A stretch of 63,589 nucleotides of DNA, counting the filler, from Octopus bimaculoides (taxonomy: Eukaryota), in the NCBI RefSeq assembly GCF_001194135.2. It is 8 parts of 7 records of this genome, joined end to end, with 100 filler letters (N's around TTAATTAATTAA, not from the genome) between each part and the next. Parts side by side here need not be neighbours in the genome. Positions count along the whole stretch, not along the records: positions 18,619 to 45,564 come from NC_068995.1; 7 more parts are not named here. One strand, 5' to 3'. This document shows, piece by piece, positions 26,300 to 37,920 of the stretch. Position 1 is the first letter of the stretch. Every line of letters begins with the position of its first letter. Below the pieces are notes generated by a model, which was given only the letters and a program-made list of their open reading frames with translations, searched no databases and was not told where the DNA came from. Made by a program: the position numbers and the translations under genes.

Positions 26300-26365
26300 C
26301 TCTTCCTTTTCTTCCGTCCGCCCGTCCGACGCCGCCAATACCGATACACTGTGTCATGTACGGAA
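26300..26365 (-). promoter_or_regulatory. CpG-rich, GC-box-like patch; candidate TSS region
   Basis: ccgtccgcccgtccgacgccgccaataccg in a CpG-poor background, about 450 bp upstream (minus strand) of the 25903 candidate exon. Confidence 0.3.
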
Positions 26366-26598
26366 TGTTAGGTAGGGAGACAGTCGAAGGTAAAATCTTT
26401 GTCACAACATAAAATAATGCCAGTGGTTGGCCTTAAATACTACTGAACTTAACGTGAGCCAAGCTAGAGAAGAGGGGTGGGGGGAGAGAAGAGACTCTAC
26501 AAGGTCTCTCAGTGTGCTTGCTAGAAATAACAGCTCAGATCTCCCCCAGCTCTTATCATACAGCTTTAACTTAAAAGAAAAAAAAAGATACATTGGCA

Positions 26599-26719
26599 GC
26601 AATCTTTCGATATTAGTACACAACGTCATTCAACAACAAAATCTTCCCTCATAACAAAGAGGGTGAATGACGCCGTTTCCTAATTCTGACACTCTGAAGA
26701 CGAATACCGAAGGATCACC
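26599..26719. repeat. Interspersed repeat, inverted copy of 24072-24210
   Basis: See the 24072-24210 entry. Confidence 0.8.
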
Positions 26720-27680
26720 GTATTAACCAATAATTGTCTCATATACAAAAATACGGAATTGTCACTTCAAAGTTAGAACACATTTGATCATAGGTGTTTT
26801 CGACCAGGACTGACCTTGGGTTAAACAACAACAACAACAACAGAAAGAATATATTGGAGTGTATTTCTTTTATACAAAAACAGGTATGGTCTCGGTTGGA
26901 GCGGAGTTAACCATAGGTCTATTTAACCATAGGTCTATTTAACCAGATTTGACACAGTAGTAAGCAATGATACATAGCACCCTGTAGTCACTGATATATA
27001 AAAAAAAAGATGGGATTGGCATGGCTGGATCATATGTAATCATTGGTCTACTCGACTAGAGCTGACTCAAACAACAACAGCTACGGACTTACTGGATGGC
27101 AGTAAGAATGGCAAAAAAATACTTAGGGACATCTGCTGCATGAAAACGTGATAGTAAAGTAGCGGCGCCATCGTATTTGTTGTAGAAAGTCAGATATTTT
27201 TAATCAAAATTACAACCTCAGAGATAAGAACAATTCTTTGTTAAATGACTAATTCTAGTTTTTTTTTAAAAAGGCAGAGGAGACAACACTGGAATTTTAA
27301 TTAAAATTAATTATAAGATGTAGTGGATCTATTGTTTAGGGAAATACTATTTACTTGTTTAAGGGTTGTACTAGATAAAATACAAAAATAACTCTAAAAG
27401 TGCAAATACTAAGAAATAAGCATACTCAATTGGATTTATACCAAATGAGTTAGGAAAATGAATGGGTTATTTCCATGGGCTGCTAAAATGAAATAGATAT
27501 ATATAAGGATCCCTTCCAGGGGCACTTTTCTCGATATTTTCAACAATCTGAGTATGCCATGAGGTTTCCAGACATGAGTTCTACTCGCGTGTCAAGTTTC
27601 ATCAAAATCGATAAAACGATGTAGGAGGAGTTAGCTAACAACTCCACAAACACACCCACAGACAGAATTCCCTGCACATG

Positions 27681-27729
<49 letters not shown>

Positions 27730-27785
27730 NNNNNNNNNNNNNNNNNNNNNNNNNNNNNNNNNNNNNNNNNNNNNNNNNNNNNNNN

Positions 27786-27822
<37 letters not shown>

Positions 27823-27941
27823 GTGTGGGGGTTAAGTTCACAGGTGATCTAAACGATCAGGTACGCTAGGTAAGTGCTGTAACGGATTACTGGGGCTCCA
27901 AGTTTATACCCGAGAAGGTAGTTATGGAGCCATTGCAGATT

Positions 27942-28124
27942 ATAATTGTTAAACAGGACGTCAAACATTAAGGAAGGCAGACATCTAAAGACATATGCAA
28001 TATTATTATGGGAAGAAATTCAAAATCTTACAGCTGTAAGATTTTTAATTTCTTCCTGTAATAATATTGTATGCCTTGAGATGTTTGCCTTGCCTTAATG
28101 TTTGACGTCCTGTTTAACAATTAT
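27942..28124. repeat. ~183-bp near-perfect palindrome (MITE-like or fold-back)
   Basis: Arms ataattgttaaacaggacgtcaaacattaagg...aaaatcttacag|ctgtaagattttt...ccttaatgtttgacgtcctgtttaacaattat, centred on CAG|CTG at 28033/28034 with no loop. Confidence 0.92.
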
Positions 28125-29163
28125 GCACACACACACACACACACACACACACGTATATACATATACCGCATGACAACTGGTGTTGGTTTGTTTACGTACT
28201 CTTAACTTAGCGGTTCGGCACAGTAAGTACCAGGCTTTTAAAAATAAGCACTGCGGTCGATTTGCTCGACTAAAACCTTTCAATGCAGTGCCCCAGCATG
28301 GTCGCAGTCTAATAACTGAAACAAATAACAAAAACGAATGACTGAGTAGATACCAGTAAGACTCGGATCCTGTCATCTAAGTTAGGAGACAGCAACAAAT
28401 GGTTTGCGGCCCACCTGTTGCCGAAACCCTTTACGAAGGACGACTAAAGGAGAAATTACCCGGGGGTGTATCTGCTACATTAACTCCCCTTTTTAGATAT
28501 TTTTACTTAAACACACACACACACACACCTTTAGGTTTAAACTTCACTCTACATTTTCTTTGATTTCAATTTTAAAATGGGGTAAAAAGTCTATTTTTTT
28601 TTAAATATTGTTTTTTTGTTTTTGTTTTTTTTTAGTCCCCTTTTCACTTCCAATACTGCCCTTGCCACCTCTGCTTCTAATTCACCAGTATCAGCGCACC
28701 CACGATCTTCTGCTTTTATTCATATTTCCAGCTGAGATGTCACACGGCTCGCTTTTTTTTTTTTTGTCTGTTTCCTTGAATGCTTGGTTGGTTGGCTGGT
28801 GTCATTTTATGATAGGTGCGAGAGATTAGCACACGCACGCACGAATGCACAAGCAGACAAATCCTTCTTCCTACACCTACAGATAGAAAATCACGCCTAT
28901 CACACACACACACACATATTTATGGAGTAGCTGTGTGGTAAGTAGCTTGCTTACCAACCACATGGTTCCGGCTTCAGAAAGAGAGAGTGTGTTTGATAAT
29001 GTTTTAAATGCTTAATTTGTGAGTGTGCATATTGACGTAGGTGTATGCGCGCGTGTATATATATATATAAAAATTAGTGAGAAATAAATACTTACGGACA
29101 GCTGCTTCAAAATCTATAGCTTCTCAACCCATATATGATTTTTTAAATATATATTTGTTCCTG

Positions 29164-29320
29164 GGAGTGGCTGTGTGGAAAGTAGCTTGCTTACCAACCA
29201 CATGGTTCTGGGTTCAGTCCCACTGCATGGCACCTTGGGCAAGTGTCTTCTACTATAGCCTCGGGCCGACCAAAGCCTTGTGAGTGGATTTAGTAGACGG
29301 AAACTGAAAGAAGCCCGTCG

Positions 29321-29353
<33 letters not shown>

Positions 29354-29560
29354 ATATGTTTGTGTGTCTGTGTTTGTCCCCCCCCCCAACATCGCTTGAC
29401 AACCGATGCTGGTGTGTTTACGTCTCCGTAACTTAGCGGTTCGGCAAAAGAGACCGATAGAATAAGTACTAGGCTTCCAAAGAATAAGTCCTGGGGTCGA
29501 TTTGCTCGACTAAAGGCGGTGCTCCAGTCAAATGACTGAAACAAGTAAAAGAGTAAAAGA
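29164..29560 (+). mobile_element. Full-length, near-consensus SINE family B with internal (TA)n(TG)n
   Basis: Intact A/B boxes, CCTTGGGCAAGTGTCTT, internal microsatellite ~29320-29370, and GAGTAAAA tail repeats. Confidence 0.92.
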
Positions 29561-29861
29561 GAGAGAGTATACTTGGCTGTTTCACTTAATGCCTAAGTAT
29601 TAATCTCATAAAGACGGAATTTTCAGACAAAGAGTCACCAACTAACACGCACTTGGCAAATACAATTTGTAAGCGGTACAATAAAAATTTGCGAGATTTC
29701 TTTAAAGTTCAACATGTTGCTCTTTACTATTGTGTTATTTAAATACCAGTGATGAAACTTTGTTTCTTTGTCGGATATCAGTTCCATCTTAATAAGAATT
29801 CAAATAATTAAAGCAAAAAGTTAACATGCAATACACACGTACATACATACATGCATACGTA

Positions 29862-29899
<38 letters not shown>

Positions 29900-30405
29900 C
29901 CTGAATTAGTTTGCAGTCAATTATACTGTTGAATACTGCCGTATCGCCTAGCTCCGGTTTCAATAATTTCTCTAAACCACTTCTGCCCATTGCTCTTGTC
30001 AGCTACACAAACTGCACAGCATTTGTTGTAATTTCTGGAAAGAAAAATACTTTGTAAATATTCTCCACGCCTAAGCTATCCTGTTACTAGTTTATGTATT
30101 ATCTATTTATTATCTATATTTATGTACAAGCACCTCTTTACTGACTGGGGCAATTTGAGGAAGGAAACACGAAAACAAACAAAGAACAACAACAGCAAAT
30201 ACAAAAAAAAAAGATTAAAATAATGCAACAAACAAAAAATAAATCAAAATGGTAGGCATGCAAAGGATGGGTCTCAGAAATAGACAAAACTACACGTAGG
30301 CCATCTAAAATTGCCGAAATCATGTCTGTGCATCAATGTCATAGATTTACAAACGTCTAACAAAAACCAAATTATCTATCTATCTATCTATCTATCTACA
30401 CACAT

Positions 30406-30610
30406 AAGGTGGCGAGCTGGCAGAATCGTTAGTGCGCTGGACGAAATGTTGGGTGATATTTCGCCCGTCGCTGCGTTCCGCCGAGGTCGACTTTGCCCTT
30501 CATCCTTTTGGGGGTCGATAAATTAAGTTCCAGTTAAATACTGGGGGCGATGTAATCTACTAGACCCCTTCCCCAAAATTTCAGGCCTTGCGCCCATAGT
30601 AGAAAAGATA
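30406..30610 (+). mobile_element. SINE family A
   Basis: ggcgagctggcagaatcgttag..gaggtcgactttgcccttcatcctttt..aaaatttcaggccttgcgcccatagtagaaaag. Confidence 0.85.
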
Positions 30611-30959
30611 TTTATCTACACACATACACCCTTTTCCTGCCTGGACAAACAAACACGAGTACACGCACACACGCACACGCACACGCACACACACACACAC
30701 ACACACACACNNNNNNNNNNNNNNNNNNNNNNNNNNNNNNNNNNNNNNNNNNNNNNNNNNNNNNNNNNNNNNNNNNNNNNNNNNNNNNNNNNNNNNNNNN
30801 NNNNNNNNNNNNNNNNNNNNNNNNNNNNNNNNNNNNNNNNNNNNNNNNNNNNNNNNNNNNNNNNNNNNNNNNNNNNNNNNNNNNNNNNNNNNNNNNNNNN
30901 NNNNNNNNNNNNNNNNNNNNNNNNNNNNNNNNNNNNNNNNNNNNNNNNNNNAAGCAAAC

Positions 30960-31860
30960 TTATCAAACAGCCACGTCTGCGCCATGATGGTCTTACGATA
31001 AAAATCGGAGAATGAATCTCCACTATTTGCCGGTCGGATTCCAGCAATATCACTGAACACCAAATCGTACAAACGCCACTGTGTCAACTTGCTTCACCGT
31101 TTTAACTTTTCTGCTTTGCTGTTTGAATGTATATCATTTCATTGCCAGCTGATTTCCTTTGACTTCAAGGTCCTTCATTCATTTCGTTATCAATTCATTT
31201 TTAAATTCTCGTCCAGTAAAAAAAAAAAAAATGGCGCATCTTAACTGGATTCTGATTCGTAGAAGAATCTGTTCAAAGAATGCGCAAATACAAAAGTTTG
31301 AAGGTATAAGTGATAGAAGTAACTTTCCCCTTCTCTTTGATGACTAAGTGTCTTTAGTGATATGCAACAGAATGTTCAAAATACACAGAAACATACCATT
31401 CACATTACAATACAATATATGCTAACAGATCCAACGTATGTTGAATAAGTTTTTCAGCTCTTGTGGCTGTCCATCATTTTCTTTCTGTAACCACTTGAAC
31501 AACAGACAAAACCATGAACAGGTTGAGCTGCTGAAATACGGCGAAAAATTCTTCCATGGTTTTTACAGTCTTTACGCAATCAATCATTATCAAGTTTCGT
31601 CAATGGTGTGGTGTTGAGCATAGGCTGCAAATGGGACAATCCTGTGGAGCTTTGCTGAAACATCAATTTTTCCGCTTATATCTGACGTAGCATCATTTTA
31701 GGAGGTGACGCAGTCAATAATGATTCAGTATCGACAATACGAACGACAGAAACCATTCGGTGTCAAGTTCAGAATCGTCTTGAAATCAAATAAACTCTTT
31801 ACAGAGAACATTCTCAACGTCAACGTTGATAAATGATCATACCTCGATTATATCTGAATC
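30960..31860 (-). pseudogene. Possible, highly degraded piggyBac-like transposase
   Basis: Only weak echoes in expected order: AKLHRIVPF..HTIDE (cf. KVRP..SIDE), FVCCSSGY (cf. CLCSSxGY), VEIHSP..M..LFDKF (cf. IPQP..MGGVDLFD). Confidence 0.25.
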
Positions 31861-31912
31861 TGCAAAAAGGAATTAAAACGTTGTTCTTTGTATGTAAAGT
31901 CATCTATTCGGG

Positions 31913-31947
<35 letters not shown>

Positions 31948-32745
31948 AGAAACTAATGTTACCTTCAGAGAGATTGAGAGAGAGATAGTGTGCAAACCTA
32001 AGAAATATATTATCTACGGTATATGTCTGCTGAGACCTTTTTAACAAACTAATGAAGAGCAATGACACCACAGAGACAAATTAGCGAGAACTGCTACGGA
32101 AAAACACCGGCGAAAACGGGACTTCATGAACGCAGAATGAATGGAGTTTGTAGTGGATCAGATTAAGATTCAATTTTGTGAGCCGGGGCTTGCGGAATTT
32201 GTGTGTGTGTGTAATTGCGCGCATCACACACTCAAGTTTACGTGTTTGTTGTAAGACTCGGGTGCTTCTGGCATTACAAGCACTCACCTTCATGTCTGTA
32301 GGCTGATGGATTTACACACGTATGAACAAATGTCGGGCGATGAGAATAATCGCAAATTGACTGTATTTGTTGGAAGCCATTATTTCCGAATCTTTCAATT
32401 ACATTTTTTTTTTTTAATTTTATTCCCATCATTTCCTCTTTTGAGAGTATTTTCAAAAATTTGAGTTATCAAAAGTAAGAAGCAGAAAAATAAATGCAGA
32501 TCAAAAAGGCTTGTCAGCAGCGCAAGATATGCAAGAGATTAGTAAGGACACTGATGGCGTATATGGTGATGCATCAGACCCTGTCGTCTGCTCTGATTCA
32601 ATCGCATTTTTATGATTATTTCTGCTGTAGACGGTGACGTGTGGATTACTCAGTTATATAAAAGTGAAATAAGTAATTTATAGGTGTGATTTCGAAATGA
32701 ATACAGCTATAAATAATTGCATGTTATATATATTGGATTAAAAAA

Positions 32746-32960
32746 AGGTAGCGAGCTATTAGAATCGTTAGTGAATCAGACAAAATGCTTAGCCCCCTTC
32801 TTCCGGTTCTTTACGTTTTGAGTTCAAATTCTTCCGAAGTTGATTCTGCTTTTGCTCCCTTCGGGGTCGATAAAATAATACCAGTTGAATACTGGGGTCG
32901 ATGTAATCAACTATTACCACCACCCACCTAAAATTCCAGGCCTTGTATCAATAGTAGAAA
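32746..32960 (+). mobile_element. SINE family A
   Basis: gcgagct..agaatcgttag, gagttcaaatt, ttcggggtcgataaaataataccag, aaaattccaggccttg..tagtagaaag. Confidence 0.8.
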
Positions 32961-34289
32961 GAAACGTTGGATTAAAAAACCCTTGGACGGGGTGGGGGAA
33001 AAAGGGTCAAAGGCAACTTGCTTGGTATGAACCTAACCTTCAACTTTCAAGTTTGTTTTTTTACCCAATATATTACTCATTATTTATTGCTGTATCCACT
33101 TCAAGACCCATCCTTAAAACGATTTATTTCGTACAACCCGAAGCTTCTACATTTTCATGATGTATACAAATGTAAATCTTTCTTACTAACAACTCTATGC
33201 CTTCTAAACAGCCAAAGTTGATTCTTTTCTTCGTGAATTGACTGAAGGTGCAACAAAAATAACATACAAGAGACTGATATCGGTAAAAATAACGAAAACT
33301 ATTTTTTGCCTTCATCTAGTTCAAATCTTCTAACGGAGCCTAAAAGCTATTCTGAAAGTAATAGCGTTTCGAAACCAGGCTTATATCGCGGTTGAGGTGT
33401 TTGGATTGAGGCAATTTGGAAGAAATGCAAAGAAACTTATTCCTGGTTTTGACTTAAAGTATGATAAACTTGGGTTTAAAGAACAACTAACAAGCAATAT
33501 CCGAAATTTTACATATCTGAGAGCTCGAGGCCGTTAAAGGAATGGCAGATGTACCAAATATCCTTAGAACCGATCGAAGTACATGCTTGAAGTGTCTCAG
33601 AAAAATAGAAGTTTGTCATAAACTCTCAAAAGTTCAAAGAGCTACTTTAGGTGCAGAAAATAGAGTTAGTGCAGATGGTCTTTGAAAATTGTCTTATGCC
33701 ATAAAAGTTTCGCATCCAAAGATAGAAGTATTAGTTACCGTTTTACATATTATATAGCCCAGAATGACCGGCCATACTCCGAGCATTTTGCTTTACCGGA
33801 ACGTCTAAACAAAATTTGGTACTAAGATTGGAATTGGTCTATATTTCTGCACTGGTGTTAAAGAAATAATTATGTAGCGATAATTACTCTTATAGACTAA
33901 CAAATAGATGACATTTCTGTTTTGACTGGAGAATAACACACACACTGGTTCAATTCTATTCCTTTGTTATTAGTCAATTTGTTAAATATTCAACTAACTA
34001 ATCGTTTGTTTAATTTGTTTTGTTTTTGTTTGTCAAAGTTCTTTCGTTGCTACTTGCAACCTTTCTAAATGACTATTCTATATTACATGTCGTATTACTA
34101 ATAGGAATTCCAAAGGCATACATGTAGAAAAAAACATGTGAGACATCACCCATCAGTAGTTCATCAGATAGAGAATTAGAATTTTATATAGTAAAACGAA
34201 AAGACTCGCCATTGACTTCGGCGGTAAATTTTCACATACTTGGTTAACTGAATTGTTATTTCAAGGATGAGGTCATTATATTAACATCC

Positions 34290-34870
34290 TTGAAACTTCT
34301 GAACGTAAAAGAGTCTAAATTTTCACTAAAAGATACGTGTGACTTTGATATGCGTGATACTGGCCTTCTGAAATACCTCTTAATTATGGAGAAGCTGCAT
34401 TGTCATCCCCCTGATTTTTTTTCTTCTCCCTTTCTAAAAAATCTCGTCAGAAATTGTAGAGCAGACATGGGCAGTCTTTTTCGAGAAGTGAGCAGCACGA
34501 GACTTCGGTCATCACCAGATGGACTGGACGACTGAAAAAAAAGTTCAAGGTAATTTTTCCCAAGGTGTGCCATGCAGAAAGTCCTGCGGGCCACAAGTTG
34601 CCCATAACTATTGTAGTGTAACGTGGATACTGTTCCTCCTCACTCCATAATTTCAGCCCTTTAATTAGCTATTCACGACTTATTAGTATTGAGTTCTAGA
34701 GTGGATTTAGTGACATGAACATGGTAATAACTACACGGTCAAAAGTTCTCAAAATAGACCATCTATCAGCACTTATGTATGTTAATCTACATGAAGTTCT
34801 TCTAGCTCAGTGAAATCCGAAACCATATGTCACATTATTGCTGCAGTACTACAGACCAGCAGGTGACACC
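34290..34870 (+). pseudogene. Ty1/copia RT-RNase H relic, possibly extending upstream to ~33500
   Basis: DFDMRDTGLLKYLLIME (cf. EFEMKDLGxxKYILGME), QNRPSISTYV (cf. DxRRSTSGYVF), KS..IA..STT (cf. WKSxLQxxxAxSTTEAEY), in the correct order. Confidence 0.55.
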
Positions 34871-35243
34871 AGGACACAAGTTACTTCAGACTTCCTCGAA
34901 CATAAATTACTCTTGACCCTGTATAGAAATAAATTATGGTGACATTTTTCACTGATGGTGTTTGCTAAGTAGGTAATTAGTTTTAATTCGGTAAAAGAAA
35001 AGAAAAGAAAAGAAAGAAAAATGCGTGATTATTGCATTTTTATTTACTTGTTTGATAATTATATATTGTAATAATTAGTGGGTGCAAGTTGCACAGTGCA
35101 ATCGTCATATTATTAAATGAAATATTACGTTTTATAGTACCACTTATACAACAGAAATATAGTGATAGGGTGTAATCTCTTTAATGTTTTAACGATGAGC
35201 TGGATAAGCGCGCGCACACACACACATACTCTCTCTTTCTCTT

Positions 35244-35275
<32 letters not shown>

Positions 35276-35407
35276 ACACACACACGCCCACGCACAAAAC
35301 CGAGCTGCAGTTGTGACTCTCAAAGTTATCCTTAATTCTCATGCCAAGGGTTGAAAGTGGAACTGTTAGCTGGAAAGGTGACACAAAAGAAATATTTCGT
35401 TCTTATG

Positions 35408-35730
35408 AGACCTCAGCATCGAAGCATAGTCTTCTCAAGCCTACTCTCTCTCTCTCTCTCTGTCTTTCCCTCTCTCTCGCTCCATTTTATATATATAATA
35501 TATTTGTTGTAGCTGGACTCTTATACGAATGAAGGTTTAACAGGACAGAGTTGCACTGTGTCATCAGGTCGATATTTTGCCGTGTCCTCGGACCCATCGC
35601 CAGACATTGGTGCTTAGGGCTGCTTCAAAATCTTCTGGGTGGGTACTTAGACCTCAGCGTCGAAGCATAGTCTTCTCAAGTCTGTTCTCCCTCTCTCTCT
35701 CTCCTCTCTCTCTCCAGCTCTCTCTCTCTC

Positions 35731-35764
<34 letters not shown>

Positions 35765-35927
35765 CCTTGTATATATAATATATTTGTTGTAGGTGGACTC
35801 TTATGCGAATGAGGGTTCAACTGTGTCCAGTTGCACTGTGTTCTCAATTCGGTGTTTTGCCGTGTCGTCACACCCATCGCCAGGCATTGGTGCCTGGGGC
35901 TGCTTCAAAATATTCTGGGTGGGCACT
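35408..35927. repeat. Tandem duplication of a ~240-280 bp unit containing a (CT)n tract
   Basis: Units 35408-35648 and 35649-35927 share agacctcagc..gaagcatagtcttctcaag, tatatataatatatttgttgtag.tggactcttat and cccatcgccag..ggggctgcttcaaaat.ttctgggtggg. Confidence 0.9.
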
Positions 35928-36788
35928 ACAGTTGAAATATAATAGGTTTAATTCCTTAGAAATTAACCCGTCTACGGATGATGTCAGCTAACAAACGCTT
36001 CCCCTAGGTTTTGTTATCGATCGCCACTGTGTTGGATGACTATCTTGTCGCGGAGACATCGAGGCAACTTCGTATTTGTTTATAAGACGACTGCTTGAGA
36101 TTCCGGAAGTTTGACTAACGCCAACATAATAGTGTGTGTAACTTTTACCTGAGAGTGTTAAAATAAAAAAAACAAAGCTATGTAGGCCGACTTAGGACCA
36201 ATCAGTCGGAACCAATTGTGGTCGTAAGTCGTCGACGACCTGTATGCACACACACACACACGTATGTATGTATGTATCCTCCACATCAGAGAGAGGTGGT
36301 TTACACATGAGTAGATTGTTCTATATTCAGAATTAATTAATCAATGGATTAATTAGATAGAAACTACAAATCCAAAGCAACCGACAAATTCGCGTGGGTA
36401 CAAATACGGAAATAATCGGATATTGTGTTCATTTTGTTCTTTCACAAGATATTTCTGTTGTAGCTTTTATATCGGATATTCTTTTGATAATTATAAATTC
36501 TATTGCATCTTCTAAATGGAATATTCCTTCGTAATAATAATATTTCTGTTTTCCTCGACTGTAAGAGACTACATTTTTTTTTACAAGAGATTGAATCAAA
36601 TAACCAGTTTGTTTGTTTATTTAAATTTCTCGTTAAAAAGAATTGAGAAAAACTACTCCAGTGCTGGACGACTGCACTTGTGCGTAGATATCTTATGAAT
36701 ACAAATGGAGAAAGACTTAAGATTCAGTCTTTCACGAGCCTTATAACGTCAAGAGTGACTTAACACCAGCAGGGTCGTTCATAGGAGC

Positions 36789-36942
36789 AGGCGTGGCTGT
36801 GTGGTAAGAAGCTTGCTTCCCAACCACATGATTCCGGGTTCAGTCCTACTGCGTGACACCTTGGGCAAGTGCTTTTACTATAGCCTCGGACCGATCAAAG
36901 CTTTGAGAGTGGATTTGGTAGACGGAAACTGAAAGTCGCCCG

Positions 36943-36978
<36 letters not shown>

Positions 36979-37232
36979 GGACGGACCCAAGGATGGTGGG
37001 AGGGAGGCGTGAGACGTACGTGTGCCCCTCAAGAAAAGTGCGCGCGCCCTTCTAAATAATGTTATTACGCCCTTTTCTCCTGCAATTGTATTCCCTTCTG
37101 AACTTCTGCCCTCCATTCGAAAAATTCCTGGGACCGTGTCTGGTGTGTGTGTGTGTGTGTGTGTATCACCCACTACCGCTTGACAACCGGTGTTGGTGTG
37201 TTTACGTCCCCGTAACTTAGCGGTTCAGCAAA
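36789..37232 (+). mobile_element. SINE family B with an insertion in its internal (GT)n
   Basis: 5' half 36789-36941, (GT)n, insert 36976-37142, (GT)n, then accgcttgacaaccggtgttggtgtgtttacgtccccgtaacttagcggttc. Confidence 0.85.
36976..37142. mobile_element. 167-bp MITE-like insert with degenerate TIRs
   Basis: Left end CAGGGACGGACCCAAGG vs reverse complement of right end CAGACACGGTCCCAGG; flanked by gtg on both sides. Confidence 0.5.
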
Positions 37233-37429
37233 AAAAAACCCGACTGTTTATTCGCACAGCAACATGCTGTCGGCCCAACAGATACGAAATCACTGTACTC
37301 TCTTCGTGACAACAGAGGACTTTGGTTGTTTGCCTTAGGCCGTCTGCTATTTAAGCTACGAGCCAAACGGCTTTTATAGGGGACTGGAATCCAAATTTTA
37401 GAATGTTCGAGGAAAACCATGCTATGCCA

Positions 37430-37560
37430 TTGCCTCACGTTGATTGGTCGGTTAATTAACCGATCACGTGAAACTAGGGTGATTCACTCGGGATGTCTGA
37501 CCGCGTATCTAGCGATCAGGTTTCGAGTCACCGCTACACTTACTCGATGTCGCTGCCTCT
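37430..37560. promoter_or_regulatory. CpG-rich regulatory-like island
   Basis: CCAAT (gattgg), perfect 16-bp palindrome TCGGTTAATTAACCGA at 37448-37463, E-box CACGTG at 37465-37470, many CpGs. Confidence 0.35.
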
Positions 37561-37920
37561 ATTTTTTATCATCCGTTCTATGTTTCATTTCTAAAACTAA
37601 CGTAGTAATAAGTATATTTCTCGATCCTGCTACAGGGCTATCATCTGGAATTCTCTTTCAGTCCACGTTTCCTTTTCCCTACAGGAATCAATTAGAAGTT
37701 GAGGTTGAACGAATAGCAACCTGCATTGATCTCAGCATGACCGGAAAACGATTCAACAGTTGCTTATCCAACTCAAAATTTTTTTATGCTTGCGTGTTTG
37801 TGTATATTTGCATGTGTAAGTGTTAGTCTATTTACCGTATCAAGGCAAGTATGCGTGTAGTTATGTTTTCCTCATCTATCGTTCTGTTCCGCTATATATT
37901 ATTAATTCATTCGTGATAAT

